From positions 77,280-141,279 of IMG/VR virus record IMGVR_UViG_3300037487_000968: a stretch of DNA of 64,000 nt. One strand, 5' to 3'. The notes beneath the pieces were generated by a model that was given only the letters and a program-made list of their open reading frames with translations, did not search any database and was not told where the DNA came from. The position numbers were made by a program, and so were the translations under genes. The DNA is from a virus (lineage: Duplodnaviria > Heunggongvirae > Uroviricota > Caudoviricetes). How positions within the stretch are numbered: the first letter of the stretch is position 1; every line of letters starts with the position of its first letter. Shown here piece after piece: positions 56,205-64,000 of this stretch.

Positions 56205-57822
56205 TATTTCTGTTGTTGTTTTAATAACAGTCCATTTAACTCAGCATCAAACTCATAAAACTCGTTTGATTCGGGATCGAATACAAATTGTTTTGAAGGA
56301 TATAACCAATACTCGTTATCCTTCATCAATTCATCGGCTTTGGCAAGCCATGCAAGCATAGCCTTCTCGGCATCTGATTGTTCGAGTGAAGGAGATGACG
56401 TAGTCACTACACACCAAAAAGAAGTTTAATTTGGTTCATAAAAACTTCAATACCCATCTCTCTACCAGCATTGTATTCTTCTGATCCGTTAACCACCGTT
56501 TGCGATTGGGTCAACCTACCTTGCGCTAAACATTCCCGAACGATAAGCTCGGCGAACTTTTCTAAATCAATAAAATCTTCCATATCCTGTTGTGCCTGCT
56601 TATCCCAAAAAGATCGTTCAGCAAGTCGTTTCAATCGGTTATTCATTCTTCAACTCCAAATCGTTCTTTAATCATTCGTTCACAATTATCAGCAACCGAT
56701 TTGAATCGTCGGGCTTCTTCACCTGTGTACATTGCTTCAATGACACTGCCGACACCTCGGCATTGGCTAATGCAGTCCAACATAATCAACTCGGCGAACT
56801 TTTCCTTGGAGGATAATAAGGATTTCTCGGGTTTGTTCGTTCATAATGGTGAGTAGTGGTCTGGTGCTATTTGTGCAACATAATAGTTTTCGTCAATGAA
56901 TCCGTATTTAATACGGTGTTCTTCCGCATCAGATGCACTTCCGTACGGACCAAAGATGATTCTATTTGGTTCGGCATTCATTCTTGGTTCGCGTTCAAAT
57001 ACAGCGAACAGGGCCGGCCGTGGGTATCGTTCATTCATTTTCGGCATTTGCCTCATCACGCATTGCCCAGGCTTCATCAAACCCTTCCCAATTATCTACA
57101 CCGGCACCTTCAAGATAACTGAGCCACTCAGAATCTTCGCACAGTCGGTCATATTCTGCTTTTGTAATGGTAATCATTTCTTCGTTCATTTTCTTGTCAG
57201 TTCCTTTAGTGAATAAAAAGCAATCACCAGGTTGAACATCGGCACCATGGAAACCACGAGGCTAATCAACAACTCCGGCATAGTAATATATCCTTGCCTT
57301 TTTCGTATGCTGTAATAGATACAAGCAAACGACACCGGCCACATCAGTAAAAAAAGTGTTCCCATTATTTAACTCCAAAATGTTCTAAGATTGCGTCTTT
57401 GAGGTATATGCCCCTGACACCTACAGGATCTTGCCAATAAGTGCCATACGCAACATCGGCACATTCCCGGATGATAAGTTCAGCCAATGCCTGATGTTCG
57501 TGATCCAATACCATCCCCTGATCCGAAGTCCAGAGTAAGGCGTTATCTAACTTCGCCTTGTACACAAGTTCTCTGAGTGCCTTGTTCATTTTACCCCGAA
57601 GTGTTCTTTAATAGTAGCCAATGCTAAGTCAGTACCGCCCCATGTTTTATCTTTAACAATAGACATGCATTCCAGTACAATAAGTTCGGCGAACTTTTCC
57701 ACGTCAAGTGTACGAGAGTCTATATCACCAGTGTCAGACCAAGAGCCTGCTGCATGTGAAGTATACCCACCGCATACAGTTGCTCCAGCTTGTTCGGCAA
57801 ATTCTTTAATTCGTTCGTTCAT
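56204..57822 (-). other. Train of small CDSs: 56204-56407, 56407-56646, 56841-57038, 57031-57189, 57365-57589, 57586-57822
   Basis: Several are FAELI-family paralogues; MNE/MNx starts overlap upstream stops. Confidence 0.65.
56643..56843 (-). pseudogene. Frameshifted or chimeric FAELI-family gene
   Basis: ATG frame MNEQTREILIILQG stops early; KEKFAELIMLDC...ERFGVEE continues in another frame with no start. Confidence 0.45.
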
Positions 57823-57824
57823 AC

Positions 57825-58298
57825 TTAACCTGTAATTTCGGTATAACTATTCTTGAAGATCTTTTCATCGACTACCCACACATCAGTGTGGTCTTCACGA
57901 TTGCGAACAATATAATCGCCCGCCTTGTATCTTTGAATATTTTTATACTCGCCGAATGTTTCGCCCCAGTTGCCTTGCAAGAATCCTGTGAACGACGTTT
58001 GTGCAAATTCTACACTGTTCTCCTGCTTAGGATTACATACCATCCAACCTTCGGGATCAATGGCATCAACTGTATATTTCGATAAAAGCTTTTTAGCCGA
58101 TTGTTGCCATGCATCGTTGCTTTCACCGATACAGAACATTGCATCAGCATGGACAGGTTCTTTAGCCTCCAATGTGTCAACTAAGAACTTGGACATTACG
58201 GTTCGGTCAACCAACAGTGTCACCATTGGCTTAGCCCGCAGGCCTTTCGTCTTTTTCGCTACACCAAAATTCAGTGTGTTTGCATCAAGTAAAATCAT
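57825..58298 (-). CDS. PGDYG-like protein
   Basis: KAGDYIVRN...VWVVDEKIFKNSY. Confidence 0.5.
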   Translation of the reverse strand: MILLDANTLNFGVAKKTKGLRAKPMVTLLVDRTVMSKFLVDTLEAKEPVHADAMFCIGESNDAWQQSAKKLLSKYTVDAIDPEGWMVCNPKQENSVEFAQTSFTGFLQGNWGETFGEYKNIQRYKAGDYIVRNREDHTDVWVVDEKIFKNSYTEITG

Positions 58299-59500
58299 GG
58301 TTCAATCTCCTCTGTCATATCAGCTTCTTCCAGCTGATACCATTCACCATCGACAATCTTTAATTTGATATAATTGCCTACCATTCCGCCACGCACATAA
58401 TCACGGCCGCCATCGATATAGGTGGACCCATCTGTTGATGTGCGATAGTCGTGTCGATAGCGACTATAGATAACTTCGCCATCGCGGGCGATTACACCAT
58501 CGATGATACCTTCCACAGCACTTGCGCCGCTTGTGATGTAAAGTGTGCCGCCCTGGATAATCAATGCGAAGTAGTTGGAGTAACCTTCGACCGGCGGCGT
58601 TTCCTGGTAATACACATCGCCGCAGGAATCTCCAGTCCACTGGCCATCCCGTGTCTTCATAGCAAGTTGTCCAACCCACTTGGCGTTGTACTTGGCTTCA
58701 ACCTTCTCAATAATACATTGAGCATCAGCACGTCCAGTATTTACAATAATCTTTTTCATTTCATTGCCCTTATGCGATTAATTACTTCATTGGCTTCGGC
58801 AAGATCGCTGTATTCAACAGCGAGCTCATCTATTTCTTCCTTCTTCTCATACCACTCGACATATGGTTGAGTCCATTGGCGAAATGCTTCATATTTGTCT
58901 TTACTATTTGGATCCATAGCGTTCTCCTGTTACTGCTATTTTACAGCAGACCTTTTAAGATAGCAATAGATAATGCTTGTTCTGCTTCTTGTATTGTATC
59001 GTATCGCCATGCAAATATCCACCAACTACCTGTTTGACCGCGGCAGCCGAAGAGATTGTATAATTTATCAATCCATTCGGGATTGATATCTATGCCTTTA
59101 GTAAAGATATTAACTATGAATTCGTTGTTCCTACCTTTTATACCACGCCAGGATTGAATACTATAATTCCTGCCTTTTTTTATTGTTTTTGTGCGGCGTC
59201 TCACAGAATTTCCAATACCTTCAAACTATTGGCTGTGTACCAAATACCGCCCTGACTTTCTGGACGAATGTGTTTTGTGCAGCCTTTAACTTCAACCTTG
59301 CACCAAACACGGCCTTTTTTAGACAAGTGTGGAGCAAGTGGTTCAGCGCAACAGTGCCAGCCTGGGCGAACCTTATAGCCTTTGGTCGGATGGAATTCCG
59401 CCATATACTTCTTTCCAATCTCCACACGCAGGCGAGCATTGATAAAGAGTGGGCCTAACGAACCATCCTTGCGTTGTTTGAATAGCTTATATGCAATCAT
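58295..59500 (-). other. Hypothetical CDSs 58295-58759, 58941-59204, 59201-59500
   Basis: ORF track; motifs SRYRHDY..DGG.DY and RPGWHC. Confidence 0.68.
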
Positions 59501-59554
59501 GTGTGCCTATGTTCTGTACATTATAACAAGATAGGCAAACAGTGTCAATGGATT

Positions 59555-59989
59555 TTATCCCCACATATCAGGATACATATCGGATAAATCGACACCCACT
59601 AATACCCTGGGAGAGGTGCCTTTGTTGCAGACATCCTGATGAGTTTTTAAGTTATGACAACATGCACACAAAGTCTGCAAATTATCGGGGTCGTCATTAT
59701 CATGATTTCCATCTATATGATCAACTGTTAATTCTTTTGGATGAGAAATTGTAGTTGTGCATATCTTACCGAGCCTACCATCTATATTTTCACAATAGTT
59801 CTTTTTATGAGCTGTATAGCCTCTGTTTTTCATATGTGGGTATTTGTTACTATGACAATAATAGCAGGCAGGTTTTCCATCTATATTTCTCCACATCGGA
59901 GAACCATCTACTCTATAATTTAATAAGGTAGCTGGTAAATCGCATACCTGCCCGTTTGATAGTGTTTGTTCGCAGTTTGGTCTTGTCAT
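59555..59989 (-). CDS. HNH endonuclease-domain protein with zinc-binding Cys
   Basis: LTVDHIDGNHDNDDPDNLQTLCACCH. Confidence 0.8.
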   Translation of the reverse strand: MTRPNCEQTLSNGQVCDLPATLLNYRVDGSPMWRNIDGKPACYYCHSNKYPHMKNRGYTAHKKNYCENIDGRLGKICTTTISHPKELTVDHIDGNHDNDDPDNLQTLCACCHNLKTHQDVCNKGTSPRVLVGVDLSDMYPDMWG

Positions 59990-60032
59990 ATGCTAATGTA
60001 GCATCGATATACAAAATTGTCAAGTCATAAGA

Positions 60033-60052
60033 ATAGGGACCGTAGTCCCTAT
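60033..60052 (-). terminator. Hairpin terminator
   Basis: ATAGGGAC-TACG-GTCCCTAT-TCTT. Confidence 0.65.
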
Positions 60053-60074
60053 ATCTTAACTTGCATTGGCCTGC

Positions 60075-60494
60075 TTAGGCAGTTGCGTCAGCAGCAACCG
60101 GTTCTGCAATAGCAGCAACCACGTCAGCAGCAGGTGCTTCAACCTTCGGGCTATTCTTGCTGCCAGCTGGGCGGCCGCGCTTGCCAGTAGATGCAACCTT
60201 GACCTTTTTAGGGTCACGGCCGAGCGTAACGGTGCCAGTAGCTTCAGCATCCTTTTTGGCCGCATTGTACATCGTTGCAGCAGATGCAGTGGACACGCCC
60301 AGATCGGTTTGGATACCAGTCAATACCGCTGCCCGGAATTCCTTGTTCGAAGCGAACAGGCCTTGGGTGCGTTCAACCATCTTGGCTTGGAAGATGGCCA
60401 GTGCAAGGGACTTCTTGGAAGGTGCCTTCGGAACTGCCGGCGTGGCGGGTGCAGTGGCAACAGTGGTTTCAGTAGCAGTAGCGTTCTTAGTCAT
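60075..60494 (-). CDS. 'SAATHYN' family copy 4, with AT-hook-like KRGRP
   Basis: EFRAAV...GVSTASAATMYN...LGRDPKK...KRGRP. Confidence 0.72.
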   Translation of the reverse strand: MTKNATATETTVATAPATPAVPKAPSKKSLALAIFQAKMVERTQGLFASNKEFRAAVLTGIQTDLGVSTASAATMYNAAKKDAEATGTVTLGRDPKKVKVASTGKRGRPAGSKNSPKVEAPAADVVAAIAEPVAADATA

Positions 60495-60590
60495 AAAATA
60501 CTCCAGTTTGTGTGTTGTGTGTAAACAAAGACGAATGAACTATTTCCTCCGTCTTGCCGCTATTGTAAGACAATTATTGGCTGAAGTCAA

Positions 60591-61097
60591 TCATCCAGTA
60601 ATTATTACAAAGTCTGTATCATCGGTAGAGCGGACCCACCGTGAAGACTTGTGATTCTGATCGCAACCAATTGGCGAAACAAATAGCCAAGGGCCGTGTT
60701 TACCCGGTGCAAAAAGCACAACATCGGTTTCGGCCAATACCGTCCACCGATCACCATGCTCGCGCACTCGATTCTTTCCCTTTTGAGAAAGACCTTTGAG
60801 TTGAATTTGTTTACCAAGTAGTGACACTTTAATATCCTATACTGCTAATGCTTCAGGAGCATCAACTTCGTCGTCATCTTCCAGGCCGGCCACCAATGCG
60901 TCTACATCGAGTTCAGCATCGACAGCGCGGGTCTTACGATTACCATTTACGGTAGAAACAGAGACAGGGCGATACTGCCACAGCGGACACGAATTCACGC
61001 TGGTGCAGGCTTCTACTTGTTCTCTCCAAGTTCCTGGCGATTTGTGATCATAGATACACATTTTGCACATATCATTGATAGCTTTGGTGCGACTCAT
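60591..61097 (-). other. Hypothetical CDSs 60591-60827 and 60837-61097 (CKMC...C...CPLW zinc-binding)
   Basis: Promoter and SD present; second start corrected. Confidence 0.68.
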
Positions 61098-61310
61098 TTG
61101 TAACTCCTTGTTGCGATAATGTATTATATAACAGAATTTACTTCTTGTCAACTAAAATACGATATAAGGATTTTGAAAGCTTCCTTGCCCTATTTGTTCG
61201 TAGTGGCCTTGCAGGATACGCCGAAGGTCCAACCACTGCCATAACAAAAAATCTCATCTTTCGGTTGGTGCCAACACGCTTAACTAAACGTCGAGCAGTG
61301 GGATTTCTTT

Positions 61311-61682
61311 TCATTTAGCACGCCGCAATTTTTCAGCAAGGACAAGTTGCAGAATTTCGCTGGCAAGATCATCCTCACCTTGCTTTAAGGCTTCGGCACC
61401 CAATTCGCGTAAAGATTGCAACAATCGCTGGACAGAATCACCTACACTGATGCCATTGTTACGCAAGATACGAAATTGATTTTCAATCTCGTTATCGGGA
61501 TTACCATAGGATATGAAATTGGTTCTATGGATATCAAAGTGCTGCTCTCCCTGCCGTTCGGAGGCATCTTTTGCCTCTTTTAAGCCGAGCCCGGTAAGCA
61601 TCCGGATCGCTTTGATAACTTCGACACGTTGGGTCTGTGCAGCGAGCAGCCCAATACACATCGAGAATGAACCGTTACTCAT
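61311..61682 (-). CDS. Second bL12 C-terminal-domain-like protein
   Basis: RVEVIKAIRMLTGLGLKEAKDASE. Confidence 0.7.
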   Translation of the reverse strand: MSNGSFSMCIGLLAAQTQRVEVIKAIRMLTGLGLKEAKDASERQGEQHFDIHRTNFISYGNPDNEIENQFRILRNNGISVGDSVQRLLQSLRELGAEALKQGEDDLASEILQLVLAEKLRRAK

Positions 61683-63199
61683 TTAACTACGCCGAGTATG
61701 AGGAAGAACGGCCAATCCACCGCACACCACCGCAGCCAACCAAGTCCAGAAACTAAAAGCAATCTGCGGAATAAATGCGCCTACAGGAGCACCAATCATT
61801 GATGCAGCAATAAGAGTATTCACACCCCAAATAAAACACCAAGGCCCCACTAAGAGCAGAAATGCAATGAAGAGCCCAGCAAAAATCAGCTTAACTAAGT
61901 TTGACATAATTTTCCTTATTTAGATTTCAAACGAACGGGTTGATACAAGTCCCAGCCAATGATATAGACAGGAACTACAATTGTTTCACAGAGGATAATA
62001 CCCCAAATAACCGAGCTGGCACTGATTTCGTACAGCACATTTGGATCCTTCTGCGATTCCATATTAGCAATACCGTAGACATCGTAATGCTTACCTTCAA
62101 TAACTTTATCATTGCCGCAAGCAGACAACAATGCAGCGGCACCAATGATACATGCGATAAGACGTGTTTTCATTTTATTTCCTTTACCTTTACTTTGCTG
62201 ACACGATAACCCATCCTTGCTGCTAAATCCTTCAGCAAGGCAAGATTGACATCGCCCACTTGTTGTTCGCGATGCCAGTGCGTATATGCAACAGGTCGGC
62301 CACCATATCCATCCAACACAGCTAATGTCTGTGTATCGGCGTGAACTTGCTCGACAATCTGGCCATACTGAAATTCTCTGCGGCCATCGGTTGCAGAAGC
62401 CATCCAAATCTTGCGACCCAGTTCAGGATCCTTCTCCCAAACATGAACAAGATCGTTTGACAATACAACTACGGTGCGAAAGCCCATGTTAGCCAACCCT
62501 TCCTACATAGTCTGCTCTCATGTACCAATCCGGCACATAGTCTTTATCATTGAATTTGGCATTATAAGCCCGGGCATATTCTTTGGCTTCGACATCATTG
62601 TCAAAATAGATTGTTTCATCAATCTTGGAACCCCATCCACGTTCACTCTCAATAATATCTACGCGGAATGCTGTTTTAAGTTCAACCCTTGCCATATTAT
62701 TTCCTTAGTGTGTAATCGAAACGCGAATCTTTGTAACTGTATCAGTGCCGCGGAAACGATCCATTGGATCACCACCCACTTCTTCGATGACATAATTAAC
62801 CAACACCTTTTCAACAGGAACTTCGAGATCCTTTGCAATTAGCAGCTTGATATCATCTGTAGAGAATTCGTACGATGATACTTTTGATTTCAATATACCT
62901 GCCATTACCTACTCCTTGTTGCGATGTCTTTATTATAGCACCAAAGGAAGATGATGTCAACCTTTGGCAACAATGTCGTACTGGTCGAAAAATTCGGTTG
63001 CAGGGATATCTTGAGTGACAATTTTGTTCTTGCCCTGATACGAATCAGCAAAGCGAACCCGCATCCCGCCGGAATTCAAATTCAGTTGCACCACTTCAAC
63101 TTCGCGTTCCTCAGAAATTTTGAAGCTAGAAGTAGGGTCCGTGTTGTCGTAGTTTTGGTTGTAAACACGAACAGTAGCAATAACAATAGGGAGAGACAT
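61683..63199 (-). other. Hypothetical CDSs: 61683-61907 (TM), 61916-62173 (lipoprotein, LSAC), 62170-62496, 62489-62695, 62705-62905, 62957-63199
   Basis: Coupled ORFs and cassette promoters. Confidence 0.68.
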
Positions 63200-63264
63200 A
63201 TCCGTTCCTTGTTGCGATGTCTATATTATAGCACAAGATAGCGTAAGGTCAACAGGATTTACTC

Positions 63265-63296
63265 AAAAGAAAAGCCTGGGCGAAAGGCCCAGGCTT
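63265..63296 (-). terminator. Intrinsic terminator
   Basis: AAGCCTGGGC-5nt-GCCCAGGCTT-TTCTTTT. Confidence 0.8.
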
Positions 63297-64000
63297 CAAT
63301 GTCTTTATCACTGACGGCACCGGGAACCCCTAGCACCGCTCTTCGCCACGCACCTTCAATGTTCCATTAGATCATTCAGATCCAACTTCCCTCCAGTGTT
63401 CTCGCAGCAACCAACTTTTATATTTACTTACTATATTATATTGACATTATTATCTCTCCAATGAGCTGATAATAAGTGGCCGGGGTTCTACCCCTTTTCT
63501 CTTAGTTTTATCATTTTAGTTCTTTGGATATATCTCCTCTGCGAGTGGATAATCGCTCAGTTACCTTTAGCCCTTATTTCATATATCATCTCGACAATTC
63601 CTACCACTGGTTAATAGGCTGTGGAGAGAGGATTTGTGTAGCGCGCCGTAGCCATTGCTTCTAACACAATACCATAAAACGAGAAGTCCCATCTTAGTCT
63701 CAACCGTGTTTTTCCGGCGAGTTAAAAAGTCCCCAAACGCTCCATCGAGTCTTACAGTTTCGTCCTTCCGGACTCATCAGTTGTGTAATATATTTATACT
63801 CTTGCTCCGGTCTTGAACCGGACATCGAATGGTCACTAAGGCATGCTTGCAGGACCCGATGACAATATCTCATTCGAATGCATCCCCATTTCAAGAGTGT
63901 ATTAAAAATTCCTAAGGGGACTCGAAACCCCAAACTGATATATTAAAAGAATACCAGCGCAGCCGTTTAAGACGCAGGATGCAGGCCCACTGTCTCATAC

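Larger units (their letters stand above)
14100..63251 (-). promoter_or_regulatory. Dispersed family of about 50-60 sigma70-type promoters, most with a conserved ACATCGCAACAA(GGAG) leader
   Basis: Plus-strand signature ctccttgttgcgatgt(a/g)t(g/t)tattata-N17-(g)tcaa near 14110, 16400, 16790, 17440, 18555, 22275, 24055, 25395, 25745, 26875, 28025, 33850, 36840, 38615, 39650, 41500, 42035, 48475, 50170, 50470, 61100, 62915, 63205 and elsewhere. Confidence 0.92.

Noticed and set aside
13809-61151. N-terminal extensions containing AIIHTSQQG or YNTYIAT in many ORF-track proteins, resembling a shared peptide
   Set aside because: These are translations of the promoter -10 and leader motif; the true starts follow the GGAG.
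16260-62842. Numerous + strand ORFs (for example 23150-24043, 22629-23234, 43463-44020)
   Set aside because: They are antisense shadows of well-supported minus-strand genes and lack promoters and SDs.
63905-64000. GGGG-TTTCGAGT-CCCC hairpin resembling a tRNA 3' half at the window edge
   Set aside because: No CCA or matching acceptor strand is visible, and the upstream context is cut off; cannot be supported.
1-64000. Stop-codon reassignment
   Set aside because: Long genes are intact in the standard code, and TAA, TAG and TGA all occur as natural stops.

Overview
64 kb of a large lytic dsDNA (jumbo-type) phage genome; a proteobacterial host is inferred from consensus sigma70 promoters, GGAG Shine-Dalgarno (SD) sites and a lipoprotein signal. 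Part 1 (1-12.9 kb) is AT-rich. It holds a + strand auxiliary operon (kinase, shikimate-dehydrogenase-like, KdsC-like HAD, GatZ-like aldolase, B12 radical SAM, carbamoyltransferase), a DEDD exonuclease, an Imm protein and a tandem array of 8 'AFKLKF' paralogues. Part 2 (12.9-16.1 kb) is a mostly non-coding, motif-rich island. Part 3 (16-63 kb) is an early/host-takeover-like region of well over 100 small, almost all minus-strand genes. It is built from roughly 50-60 (counted by eye) repeated promoter-leader-ORF cassettes: TTGACA-17-TATAAT, then a conserved ACATCGCAACAAGGAG leader. In many cassettes the promoter spacer is complementary to the cassette's own SD, and the upstream gene's TGA lies inside the -35 box. 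The region also carries tRNA-Tyr(GTA), two promoter-driven tRNA-mimic RNAs (a 96-nt circularly permuted one ending in ACCA and a 215-nt tRNA scaffold with a large insert), a diguanylate cyclase, a sedolisin lipoprotein, SprT, an AAA ATPase, an HNH protein and several paralogue families. Many ORF-track starts are wrong because they read through the cassette motif; starts are corrected here. All family calls are from motif recognition, not database searches.
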